A DNA stretch of 64,000 nt. Origin: Eledone cirrhosa. Lineage: Eukaryota. The notes under the pieces are model-generated. The model searched no databases. It saw only the letters and a list, made by a program, of their open reading frames with translations, and had not been told where the DNA came from. The DNA lies in NCBI GenBank assembly GCA_964016885.1, contig OZ024743.1, positions 96,038,001-96,102,000 of the forward strand, in the 5' to 3' direction. The translations under genes and the position numbers were made by a program. Below, piece by piece: positions 28,140 to 39,600 of the stretch (the first letter of the stretch is position 1; each line of letters starts with the position of its first letter).

Positions 28140-28690
28140 CAAACAGGTAAAGACAAACAGATAGACAGACAGACAGATCGATAGATATGTTTCTTTTATT
28201 TGCCACAAGGGCATCAAAAGTGTGACAAGTACAATGGGGGGAGTTTACAAAACAAGGCGTCCTCAATAGGGAGGAGGCAATAACAATATATAAAAATAAA
28301 ATAAAATATAACAAACAATAGAATTATAACAAAATCCTCAATAGAGGATTTTGTTATAAAATATAACAAAAAATAAAATTTATAACAAAATCCTCAATAG
28401 AGAGGAGGCGCCTTGGGGGGTCGCACACACCCCCGAAAAAGTGTGCAACCCTTTTCCTCAGGAGCACAGAGAAGGGGAGTCAGATAGACAGACAGCAGAC
28501 AGAGAGATCGATAGATAGACAGACAGCAGACAGACAGATCGATAGATAGACAGTCAGATAAATAGACAGTCAGATAGATATACAGCACGTATATAGACAG
28601 GTCCAAATATAGACCTAGAGATAGAGCCAGATTGACATTCACAAAGATAGATAGGAAGATGGAGGGTTGGATGGATAGCTAGCTAGATAT
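28140..28690. repeat. (GATA)/(GACA)-type low-complexity tract, split by insertions and resuming at ~31527
   Basis: Runs of agatagacagacag flank the LINE 3' ends and reappear after the Helitron pair. Confidence 0.8.
28188..28480 (-). mobile_element. Short 5'-truncated 3' end of an L1/Tx1-like LINE
   Basis: Minus strand ends ...GTGGCAAATAAAAGAAA, nearly the same terminus as the longer LINE copy at 28691. It is embedded in the GATA/GACA tract. Confidence 0.55.
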
Positions 28691-29612
28691 CTTTCTTTAT
28701 TTGCCACAGGGGCGTACAGAAATGGGACATTACAAGACGTGACGGCGGGAGTTTTGCATAAAAATCTTTAACAATGAAAAATAACAATAAACTATATAAA
28801 AATTAAACAATTGAAATCCCCATTGGGGGGGGGGAGTAAATCTACTGCGGAGTTGTTTTACACCCCGTGGATAGAACAACCCTCAACACCAGGAACACGT
28901 TTTGTAGGTGTTCCTGTCTTCCCTCTGTTTATCTTCCTCAGCCTACACGTTTATATACAGAGAAGGCCCATTCACTCGGGCCATTTTTGCCACATTCACC
29001 CACTTTTCAGCGAATTTACTGAGGTGTAGCACCTCTGTCTCCACTCTCACCTTACTTCTGAAGTGGTACTTAAAGAAGGGGATAAGTTGTTGTCCGGAGA
29101 AAAGGTGTTTGCCCTCAGTCCTTTTAACCTCGTCCACCATATTACCTCTTTCGCCAGAGTCACCAGACAGAGGAAAACCGCCTCTCCTTCGTTCTTAAAT
29201 GAAGGCGGCGGGGTGATCCTCACGATGGACTCGGCTGACAACTGGATGTGTCCCACATGTGACAGTAGCTGTTCGACATAATTCCACAGGTCGGTCACCC
29301 TTGGGCACAATTGCGTGCAGAACGATTTCGATGTCCTGCTCGCATCTTGGACAGGTCCTTTTGGCAGGATCTCTGCCAGGACGTCCGTGCCTGTAGATTT
29401 TGTCTTGAACTGGTAGAGCTCCTCGGTAGCACTGCCAGGCCAAAGACCTCTGGAAGTTATCCATAGGCCCTGGACGGAAAGTCCTCCCGAACAGACTGGT
29501 CAGTTCGTCTTCCTCGATGCCTAGAGTTTCCCCGAGAACGTCGTCGCACGTATCCTTCACTAATCCCCTATAGAATGTCGAGGTGGAGTCTCCGCTGATT
29601 GCCGTTTCCGCT
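28691..29612 (-). mobile_element. 5'-truncated L1/Tx1-clade LINE: frameshifted ORF2 C-terminus plus 3' UTR
   Basis: ORF pieces 29195-29560, 29047-29310 and 28943-29140 join to ...AWQCYRGALPV..TCPRCEQDIEIVLHAIV-CPRVTDLW..AKEVIWWTR..KFAEKW, a CCHC zf-RVT-type C-terminus. It ends GTGGCAAATAAAGAAAG. TGGATAGCTA occurs at both junctions (28672, 29613), a possible target-site duplication (TSD). Confidence 0.85.
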
Positions 29613-29630
29613 TGGATAGCTATATCATAA

Positions 29631-30816
29631 TCTATAAAGCTCAGTGTGTGGTCATGTTCCTTTCTTATAGAAATCTACGATATAGAATTTCTTCAATTGA
29701 AATTTACAATTCAGTATTCGAAATAGTTTCGATTGCGTCTTGGCACATCTCATTTTTTTCAATTTCACCCACAATTAGGCAAAAATTAGATAAAACTCAA
29801 TATTTTACGATTTTTCTCTGTCATTTAAACTGCTAAACTCTTTCCACTACCATTCAAAATCTATACAACTTCCTACTTTCTGCTACTTTCTCTTTCCAAG
29901 CTTGATGGTGATACTGTCCGTATTACTCTGTCATATTATCTGCTTCTCTTCTATCTACAACCCACACATTTTGCTACTTTCTCTTTTATACTTCAAATTA
30001 TTACATTTCATACGAAACGACAATTATTCAAAAGCAACAGATACATTTATTCAACAACAAGCGATAAATCTTTTTTAAAACCTCTTTTCCAAACGCATAC
30101 AAACACACACTCACTTCAACAACAACAACAACAATCTGCCTTTTATAGATAATGATAAACAATAATATCCTCTATGAGGTCACTAAACCTGCTAGAAACA
30201 GCAGCTAACTCTCCCCCATACCACACCCCTCCCTACTGTCTTAAATTTAGAAAACATCTTCTATGAGATCACTAAACCTGCTAGAAACAGCAGCTAACTC
30301 TCCCCATATCACACCACTCCCTACTGTCTTAAATTTAGAAAACACATATCCTCTATGAGGTTACTAAACCTGCTAGAAACAGCAGCTAACTCTCCCCCAT
30401 ATCACACCCATCCCTACTGTCTTAAATTTAGAAAACATATTTTCTATGAGGTCACTAAACCTGCTAGAAACAGCAGCTAACTCTCCTCCATATCACACCA
30501 CTCCCTACTGTCTTAAATTTAGAAAACACACAGACAACCATGCAGAACAACTCCATCGCAGCTCTGTTGTTCGGCTGGCATCGTCTACGCGCGTGTTGCG
30601 CAAGTACTGTGAAACAATAAATTTCAACACTTTTTTGCACAGAGATAATATCCATAGGCGAAACTACAATTGTCAATGCTGGCGCAGCTCCTGCTTCCAG
30701 GTCTGCAATTCATTCACCCAGTGCCTGGCAGACAAAAAAGTGCTGCCATAAAATGGGTGGTGCAACCTAACTTTGGTAACTTAATGACCCCGAGCAACGC
30801 CGGGCTTTAATGCTAG
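29631..30816 (+). mobile_element. Non-autonomous Helitron, copy 1
   Basis: 5' TCTATAAAGCTCAG. 3' GC hairpin CCCGAGCAACGCCGGG followed by CTAG (30813-30816) then T. No TSD. Confidence 0.85.
30166..30530 (+). repeat. ~91-93 bp minisatellite (4 copies) inside Helitron copy 1
   Basis: Unit CTCTATGAGGTCACTAAACCTGCTAGAAACAGCAGCTAACTCTCCCCATATCACACC..CCCTACTGTCTTAAATTTAGAAAACA. About 1.5 units are present in copy 2 (31110-31240). Confidence 0.92.
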
Positions 30817-30819
30817 TAA

Positions 30820-31526
30820 TCTATAAAGCTCAGTGTATGGACATGCTCCTTCGTTATAGAAATCTACGATATAGAATTTCTTCAATTGAAATTTACAATT
30901 CAGCATTCGAAACAGCTTCGATTGCGTCTTGACGCAGATAATCTTTTCAATTTCACCCACAATTACGCAAAAAATAGATAAAACTCAATATTTTACGATT
31001 TTTTTCTCTCATTTAAACTGCTGAACTCTTTCTACTACCATTCAAAATCTATACAACTTCATACTTTCTGCTACTTTCTCTTTCCAAGCTTGATGGTGAT
31101 ACTGTCCGTTCACACCACTCCCTACTGTCTTAAATTTAGAAAACACATATCCTCTTTGAGGTTACTAAACCTGCTAGAAACAGCAGCTAACTCTCCCTCA
31201 TATCACAACCCTCCCTACTGTCTTAAATTTAGAAAACACACAGACAACCATGCAGAACAACTCCATCGCAGCTCTGTTGTTCGGCTGGCATCGTCTACGC
31301 GCGTGTTGCGCAAGTACTGTGAAACAATAAATTTCAACACTTTTTTGCACAGAGATAATATCCATAGGCGAAACTACAATTGTCACTGCTGGCGCAGCTC
31401 ATGCTTCCAGGTCTGCAATTCATTCACCCAGTGCCTGGCAGACAAAAAAGTGCTGCCATAAAATGTATGGTGCAACCTAACTTTGGTAACTTAATGACCC
31501 CGAGCAACGCGGGGATTTAATGCTAG
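30820..31526 (+). mobile_element. Non-autonomous Helitron, copy 2 (internally deleted, head-to-tail with copy 1)
   Basis: Same 5' TCTATAAAGCTCAG and 3' CCCCGAGCAACGCGGGG..CTAG (31523-31526). It lacks the segment equivalent to ~29921-30310. Confidence 0.85.
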
Positions 31527-32030
31527 TAGATAGATAAATAGATAGACAAGCTGACAGATAAAACTGCAGACCCATACACAGGTAGACTGATTGACAGACA
31601 AACATACAGACCAACAGACAGAGACACAGAGAGATAGACAGACAAGCAGACAGGGTAACAGATAGACAGATATTCGAATAGAGAGGCAGAGAAAAAGAGA
31701 CAGGCAGATACATAAGCATTGATAGAGAGAGAGAGAGAGAAAAAGACAGCTGAATAGGCATACATAGGGTGAAGCAGGCAGAGAGAGAGAAAGAGACAAA
31801 CAGCAAATAATCATATGGGCAGAGCCACTAGCAGTCACGTGGACAGAGAGACAGACATGCGGGTAACAAGGAAAGAGAGAGATATACAAAAAAAGAGAGA
31901 CAGAAAGCCATATAGGCAACCCGACAGGCAGACAGGTATTCAGAGAGAGCGTTGGGAGAGAGGGGGAGATCGGGGTGAGAGAGAGAGGGGGAGAGAAAGA
32001 AAGAGAGGGAGGGAGAGAAACAGAAACACT
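31527..32030. repeat. (GACA)/(GA)n low-complexity tract
   Basis: agacagacag and gagagaga runs, continuing the tract at 28140-28690. Confidence 0.8.
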
Positions 32031-32060
32031 ATCGAATGGGTCGGACTGTTGTCGGCTTCA

Positions 32061-32249
32061 ATAATTGTTTCTACTATTGGCACAAGGCCAGCAATTATCC
32101 CAGTACATTACTGGTACTTTATTTAATCGACCTCGTAAGGATGAAAGACAAAGTTAACCTCGGCGGGATTTGAACTCAGATCATAAAGGGCCGTAACTCT
32201 TTGCTGCAAAGCATGGCGTCCGACCCTCTACCGATACTGCCAATCCACC
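32061..32249 (-). mobile_element. tRNA-derived SINE (~190 bp family)
   Basis: Minus strand has an A-box-like TGGCAGTATCGG, a B-box GAGTTCAAATCC, a central CTTTCATCCTTACG.GGTCGAT..AATAAAGTACCAG and an AAACAATTAT tail. At least six clear copies lie in the window. Confidence 0.88.
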
Positions 32250-32417
32250 TTGTTCGAGCGACCGATCAGACTGCTCGTGAATTAACGTGAAAGTGACTGA
32301 GCATTCCACAAACAAGTCTATACATAAGATAATTGGGAGGGCGATTCAACGTGATACAGTGTGTGACATGGTTGGCTTTTTAAATGGCATGTACAGTCCA
32401 TCCAACAGGATATTTAA

Positions 32418-33810
32418 CCCTTTAGCATTTAAACCGGCTGTATCCGGCCAGAATTCTTTCACCTCTTTCTGTTCAAACCAGCTGTAACCGGCAGCTCATA
32501 CTTATGTTAAGGTATTGTCCTCAAAATAAATAACAACGGCCCCGGTTACTGGAAGCTCAACTTGTCCTTGCCGGCAAGTAGAGCCTACAGGAATCGGATT
32601 AGTACGTTAGTTAAGGAACGGTTGACTGGAGCGATCGTCAACAGCAGGTGGTGGGTATCTCTAAAGAGAGAGATTAGAGTAGTCTCGATAGAATTTAGTA
32701 AGGTTCTAGCTGCGGATAGGAATAGGAAGGAAAGGGAGCTAATAGATAGAGTAGAAGAGGCAATTAGAAGCGGCGACGTGGCCAGAGTGCTAGCGTCGAG
32801 AACGGCTTTGAGCCAGTTTTTCGACGCGAAGCACGAAGGCTGCGTTGTCCGAAGTAAAATACGTGCTCTAGGGAACGAGGGGACCAAAGCTGTTAGCTGG
32901 GCCCGCGTGACAGAGGCCAACAGTGGAACTAAATCCACCATCCGGTCTTTGCGAGACCTGGATGGACGGGCGATTCTTGAGCCTAAGCAGATGTGTGAGG
33001 CCTTTCAAAGGCACTTTGCCCGACTGTTCGGGAGGGGCGGGGAGCCGGTTAGGAACGTGGACTTCGGTCCATACCTCGACGGCCTGCCGCGCCTCTCGGA
33101 CAGGGAGGCGAAGTCCTGCGAGGAGCCGATTTCGGCCGCTGAGATAGAGGACGTGCTGAGCCAATGCGGCAAACGCAAATCCCCGGGTCTCGATGGTCTT
33201 CCTTACGAATTATATCTAGCTATGCCGGACTTGTTCCCCGATCTCCTCGAGGCGGTCTACTGCAACTGGCAACAGAACGGGAGAATTCCCTGTACTGTGA
33301 CCAAGGGCGTAGTCACGCTAGTGAGGAAGGACGAGAACAAGGGGGACGAAATAAGTAATTTCAGGCCCATAACACTGCTAAATAGAGTTACAGATTTTGG
33401 CCAAGGTGCTAGCAAAGAGGTTGGCGCTTGTCGTGGGCAACCTGGTGGGAGATGCGCAGACATGCGCTATCCCGTCCAGGTCCATCCATGACAACCTCCA
33501 CCTCATGCGATACATCATAGAGAGGGTTGGGAACGAACCCGGCTTTGGTGGGGCTCTGTTATGTGAGGTAATGCCTTTACTGTGAAAATACAATAATAAA
33601 TATAGATGTGAGATATGTGAGGTAAAGCCTTTTCTGTGAAAATACAATAGTATATATAGAGTAATGTAAATGTTATGCGAGATATTATATGAGATAAAGC
33701 CTTTACTGTGAAAATACAATATAGAGTAATGTAAATGTTATGTGAGATATTATATGAGATAAAGCCTTTACTGTGAAAATACAATATAGAGTAATGTAAA
33801 TGCTAAAGGG
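32418..33810. mobile_element. piggyBac-like non-autonomous element (MITE) with TTAA target duplication
   Basis: TTAA (32414-17), then CCCTTTAGCATTTA ... TAAATGCTAAAGGG, then TTAA (33811-14): a perfect 14-bp terminal inverted repeat (TIR). A ~65-bp subterminal tandem repeat lies at 33560-33800. Confidence 0.88.
32536..33558 (+). pseudogene. Internal fragment of an L1/Tx1-like ORF2 (post-endonuclease linker plus RT N-terminus) inside the MITE
   Basis: GPGYWKLNLSL..., KSPGLDGLPYELY, GVVTLVRK..ISNFRPITLLN, then a frameshift to ILAKVLAKRL..QTCAIPSRSIHDNLHLMR. Truncated at both ends. Confidence 0.9.
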
Positions 33811-33999
33811 TTAACAGGTTCCATCAATTTCACTCACAAGGTTTTGGTGAATCCGGGGCTCGGCTAAATGACACCCAAGATACCCTTCAGTCAAACCCGG
33901 ACCTAATGATTGCAAGGCAAACTTCCTAACCATTCGGCCAGTCTGCTCTACGGTGCATAATGTGTAATCTATAATTCATATGAATAATGTATATACTTC

Positions 34000-34185
34000 C
34001 ATGAACAGTCTATACTGTATACACTATAAAGTATATTCTATACAATCTATAGTATACAGTGTACAGTGTATTGACTAACGGGTACAGTGTATATTGTACA
34101 GTGTATATTGTACAGTATACAGTGTACAGTGTATAGTGTACAGTGTACAGTGTATATAATGTACAGTGTATATTGTACAATCTGC
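34000..34185. repeat. Degenerate 7-bp (TGTACAG/TGTATAT) simple repeat
   Basis: gtacagtgtatattgtacagtgtatattgtacag... Confidence 0.8.
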
Positions 34186-34555
34186 TATATACAATGCAAA
34201 ATAAGAGGTGGTGGAAACATTTCTGAATTTGGGTGACAAAATTTGGACAATTTAGTTGTAGTGATTAGTTTACCCTCTAAAATGGTCAGAAAGCTTCGAT
34301 ATGTGATAAACATAACATGTACATAAATTGTAGCGTATATCCAAATAGGTGTGTTTTGTTCGTTTTGGGAGAAATTATAATTATTGGAGGGGGACATGCC
34401 CCTCCCCAGTTCCACCGTAACTGTGTATATATAATTGAAAAAAACATTATGCTCTGTGCCCTTTCCTAAAGGGTTAATATATCGTGTGTCTTCGTATTTG
34501 GTGAGAAATTGGTATTATACCCAATTTATTCATCTCCAATATATATATATATATA

Positions 34556-34780
34556 TAGGAAAATAGTCAGGACCCCGACGGCAGAGCTCAAGCCGTTTCA
34601 AATGCTATTTCTGGACTAAAAAAATTCATGAATTCTTTTTAGTCCAGAAATAGCCGTCGAAACGGCTTAAGCGCTGCCGTCGGGGTCCTGACTCATTTCC
34701 TATTACCCACTCTACTACCCAAAGTGTCGAATACTCTGGTGCGTTATGGTCTACCTGGTTCCTTACCTCACTTCCTTCGT
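34556..34780 (+). mobile_element. Penelope-like fold-back terminus, copy a: long palindrome plus 78-nt tail, in (TA)n
   Basis: Inverted arms TAGGAAA...TTTCCTA (34556-34702) and tail 34703-34780 ending CTTCCTTCGT. Homologous copies lie at 58357 and 63055. Confidence 0.75.
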
Positions 34781-34893
34781 TATATATATATGTATGTGGG
34801 GGAGGGGTAAAAGGTAAACAGAAATAACAGCACAGTCGGTACAGTATATGGAAGGAATATATTAGGTTAACGCTTGAAATAGCAGGAAGAGGG

Positions 34894-34930
34894 TCTTAAC
34901 GTTTCGGGTGCTAGTCCTTCATCAGAAGAA
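34894..34930 (-). ncRNA. Minimal type-I hammerhead ribozyme motif (Penelope-like)
   Basis: Minus strand TCTT-CTGATGA-AGGACTAGCACCC-GAAA-CG-TT-AAGA: stem I TCTT/AAGA, palindromic ACGT stem III, weak stem II. Confidence 0.6.
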
Positions 34931-35479
34931 AGAATGAGAAATAAGATAGATTGAGGGGACGGGCAGGTTGGAATTGGAAAAAAATGTCTTTAAATAAAAA
35001 TAACAGGTCAATTCATGTTGACATCTCTATTGGTGAGTTTGTTACTCTAAAGTGTCACTTGTGTACTCACAGGATCACCAGTGTTGTCAGGTGAGTACAC
35101 AGGTGAGACTCCAGAGTATCAAGACTTAGCAATAATAAATGACTATTTAAACTCTACTTCGGTATTGAGTTTTCATTCCTACGTCCGTCAATAATTCACG
35201 TACTCTCAGGTCTTGAATAACCCTCCCCACCCCTCACTTAATTTGTCAGATTTTTTCCACCTTCGGGTTATTTTTCCACACCCACCCCTCATCTGCTTAT
35301 TATATTCTGCTAATCTATCTCCGACGAAATTTTATTGTAAGTGATTCATATTGATACAACAGCTGGAGAATCTAATAATTATTTTATTTTATATTTAAAA
35401 ACGTTTTATGACAAAAGAAGAACATTACAAGAAATCCCATATTTACCAACGTACCCTATATAATTACTGATATCTAAAG

Positions 35480-36045
35480 CCCCCCTCCCATTATTGCTAC
35501 CCCTCCTATTGTTTGGGACCCTCTCTCTATATCTAATATACAGCACGCTCTCCCAACCCTCCTCACTGTATCAATCACCACTAAACGACCCCCCTCTCTA
35601 TATCTACCATTCAACAGTCTCATTTTTTCTCACTCTATCTATTACTACCAAACTCTCCACTTCTCTGTATCTATCATACATCACTCACTCCCAATCCCCC
35701 TCTCTATATCAATTATCACCAATCTCTCCCACTCTATATATCTACTACACGGAATTCTCTCTCATTCCCTCTCACTCTATCCATCACTACCAAACTTTCC
35801 CCCTCTTTATAACTATCAATACCTATCTCTATCAATCTTCTCACTCTATTCATTACCGCCAAACTCTTCCCTCTCTACTATACGGAACTCTCTTCCAATC
35901 CCCCTCTCTATATCAATTAGCACCAAACTCTCACTCTCTCTATATCTACGACATGGAACTTTCTTCCTATACCCCTCTCTATATCAATTAATACGAAACT
36001 CTCCCCCTCACTATATATCTATATCTATCTCTCCCATCTGTCTCT
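35480..36045. repeat. Degenerate pyrimidine-rich minisatellite
   Basis: Recurring ccctctctatatcaatt..accaaactctccc motifs at ~30-35 bp spacing. Confidence 0.65.
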
Positions 36046-36100
36046 ACATAACATGTACATAAATTGAAGCACATATACAAATAGTTGTATGTTTTGTTAG

Positions 36101-36289
36101 AATAATTGTTTCTATTATTGGCACAAGGCCAGCAATTACCCAGTACATTACTGGTACTTTATTTTATCGACCCCGTAAGGATGAAAGGCAAAGTTAACCT
36201 CGGCGGGATTTGAACTCAGAATGGCAAGGGCCGTAACTCTATGCATCAAAGCATGGTGTCCGACCCTCTACCGATACTCCCAATTCGCC
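36101..36289 (-). mobile_element. tRNA-derived SINE
   Basis: Same family as 32061-32249. Confidence 0.88.
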
Positions 36290-36417
36290 GGGTGGATAAT
36301 GTAGAGTTATTAGTGCAAAGTACACAGTACTTAGTTTACCGAGTATATATTAGAGGATGTATGATGAATAATATATATTTGGCGTAAAACATAGAATGTA
36401 CATTATTATAGCGTAAA

Positions 36418-36609
36418 GGTGGTGGATTGGCAGTATCGGTAGAGAGTCGGACACCATGCTTTCACGCATAGAGTTACGGCCCTAGCCATTGAGAGTACAA
36501 ATCCCGCCGAGGTTAACTTTGGCTTTCATCCTTACGGGGTCGATGAAATAAAGTACCAGTAATGTACTGAGTAATTTGCTGGCGTTGTGCAAAAAGTAGA
36601 AACAATTAT
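36418..36609 (+). mobile_element. tRNA-derived SINE
   Basis: GGTGGTGGATTGGCAGTATCGGTAGAG...GAGTACAAATCCCGCCGAGG...AAACAATTAT. Confidence 0.88.
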
Positions 36610-36656
36610 AAAAGCGTAACTTATATGGTGTAAATGGTACAGTTAACAATGTATAA

Positions 36657-39600
36657 TGTACAGTCTGTAAGGTACAGTGTATCGTGTACAGTGTTACATC
36701 TATTGTGGCTAGTGTACAATATAATATACAGTCTGTAAGGTACAGTGTATCGTGTACAGTGTTACATCTATTGTGGCTAGTGTACAGTATAATATACAGT
36801 CTGTAAGGTACAGTGTATCGTGTACAGTGTTACATCTATTGTGGCTAGTGTACAATATAATATACAGTCTGTAAGGTACTGTGTATCGTGTACAGTGTTA
36901 CATCTATTGTGGCTAGTGTACAGTATAATATACAGTCTGTAAGGTACAGTGTATCGTGTACTGTGTTATATCTATTGTGGCTAGTGTACAGTATAATATA
37001 CAGTCTGTAAGGTACAGTGCATCGTGTACAGTGTTATGTCTATTGTGGCTAGTGTACAGTATAATATACAGTCTGTAAGGTACAGTGTATCGTGTACAGT
37101 GTTATATCTATTGTGGCAAGTGTACAATTTAATATACAGTCTGTAAGGTACAGTGTATCGTGTACAGTGTTATGTCTATTGTGGCTAGTGTACAGTATAA
37201 TATACAGTCTGTAAGGTACAGTGTATCGTGTACAGTGTTATATCTATTGTGGCAAGTGTACAATATAATATACAGTCTGTAAGGTACAGTGTATCGTGTA
37301 TAGTGTTATGTCTATTGTGGCTAGTGTACAGTATAATATACAGTCTGTAAGGTACAGTGTATCGGGTACAGTGTTACATCTATTGTGGCTAGTGTACAAT
37401 ATAATATACAGTCTGTAAGGTACAGTGTATCGTGTACAGTGTTACATCTATTGTGGCTAGTGTACAGTATAATATACAGTCTGTAAGGTACAGTGTATCG
37501 TGTACAGTGTTATGTCTATTGTGGCTAGTGTACAGTATAATATACAGTCTGTAAGGTACAGTGTATCGTGTACAGTGTTATGTCTATTGTGGCTAGTGTA
37601 CAGTATAATATACAGTCTGTAAGGTACAGTGTATCGTGTACAGTGTTATATCTATTGTGGCTAGTGTACAGTATAATATACAGTCTGTAAGGTACAGTGT
37701 ATCGTGTACAGTGTTATGTCTATTGTGGCTAGTGTACAGTATAATATACAGTCTGTAAGGTACAGTGTATCGTGTACAGTGTTATATCTATTGTGGCTAG
37801 TGTACAGTATAATATACAGTCTGTAAGGTACAGTGTATCGTGTACAGTGTTATGTCTATTGTGGCTAGTGTACAGTATAATATACAGTCTGTAAGGTACA
37901 GTGTATCGTGTATAGTGTTATATCTATTGTGGCTAGTGTACAGTATAATATACATTCTGTAAGGTACAGTGTATCGTGTACAGTGTTACATCTATTGTGG
38001 CTAGTGTACAATATATTATACAGTCTGTAAGGTACAGTGTATCGTGTACAGTGTTACATCTATTGTGGCTAGTGTACAGTATAATATACAGTCTGTAAGG
38101 TACAGTGTATCGTGTACAGTGTTATATCTATTGTGGCTAGTGTACAGTATAATATACAGTCTGTATGGTACAGTGTATCGTGTACAGTGTTATATCTATT
38201 GTGGCTAGTGTACAGTATAATATACAGTCTGTAAGGTACAGTGTATCGTGTATAGTGTTATGTCTATTGTGGCTAGTGTACAATATAATATACAGTCTGT
38301 AAGGTACAGTGTATCGTGTACAGTGTTACATCTATTGTGGCTAGTGTACAGTATAATATACAGTCTGTAAGGTACAGTGTATCGTGTACAGTGTTATATC
38401 TATTGTGGCTAGTGTACAGTATAATATACAGTCTGTAAGGTACAGTGTATCGTGTACAGTGTTATATCTATTGTGGCTAGTGTACAATATAATATACAGT
38501 CTTTAAGGTGCAGTGTATCGTGTACAGTGTTACATCTATTGTGGCTAGTGTACAGTATAATATACAGTCGGTAAGGTACAGTGTATCGTTTACACTGTTA
38601 TATCTATTGTGGCTAGTGTACAATATAATATACAGTCTGTAAGGTACAGTGTATCGTGTACAGTGTTATATCTATTGTGGCTAGTGTACAGTATAACATA
38701 CAGCCTGTAAGGTACAGTGTATCGTGTACAGTGTTATATCTATTGTGGCTAGTGTACAGTATAATATACAGTCTGTAAGGTACAGTGTATCGTGTACAGT
38801 GTTACATCTATTTTGGCTGGTGTACAATATAATATACAGTCTGTAAGGTACAGTGTATCGTGTACAGTGTTATATCTATTGTGGCTAGTGTACAGTATAA
38901 TATACAGTCTGTAAGGTACAGTGTAGCGTGTACATTTTTATATCTATTGTGGCTAGTGTACAGTATAATATACAGTCTGTAAGGTACAGTGTATCGTGTA
39001 CAGTGTTATATCTATTATGGCTAGTGTACAGTATAATATACAGTCTGTAAGGTACAGTGTATCGTGTACATTGTTATAGCTATTGTGGCTAGTGTACAGT
39101 ATAATATACAGTCTGTAAGGTACAGTGTATCGTGTACAGTGTTATATCTATTGTGGCTAGTGTACAGTATAATGTACAGTCTGTAAGGTACAGTGTATCG
39201 TGTACAGTGTTATATCTATTGTGGCTAGTGTACAGTATAATATACAGTCTGTAAGGTACAGTGTATCGTGCACAGTGTTATATCTATTGTGGCTAGTGTA
39301 CAGTATAATATACAGTCTGTAAGGTACAGTGTATCGTGTACAGTGTTATATCTATTGTGGCTAGTGTACAGTATATTATACAGTCTGTAAGGTACAGTGT
39401 ATCGTGCACAGTGTTATATCTATTGTGGCTAGTGTACAGTATAATATACAGTCTGTAAGGTACAGTGTATCGTGTACAGTGTTATATCTATTGTGGCTAG
39501 TGTACAGTATAATATACAGTCTGTAAGTTACAGTGTATCGTGTACAGTGTTATATCTATTGTGGCTAGTGTACAATATAATATACAGTCTGTAAGGTACA

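Noticed and set aside
30446-31461. Duplicated 101-123 aa ORFs
   Set aside because: They lie in the two non-autonomous Helitron copies and have no recognisable domain.
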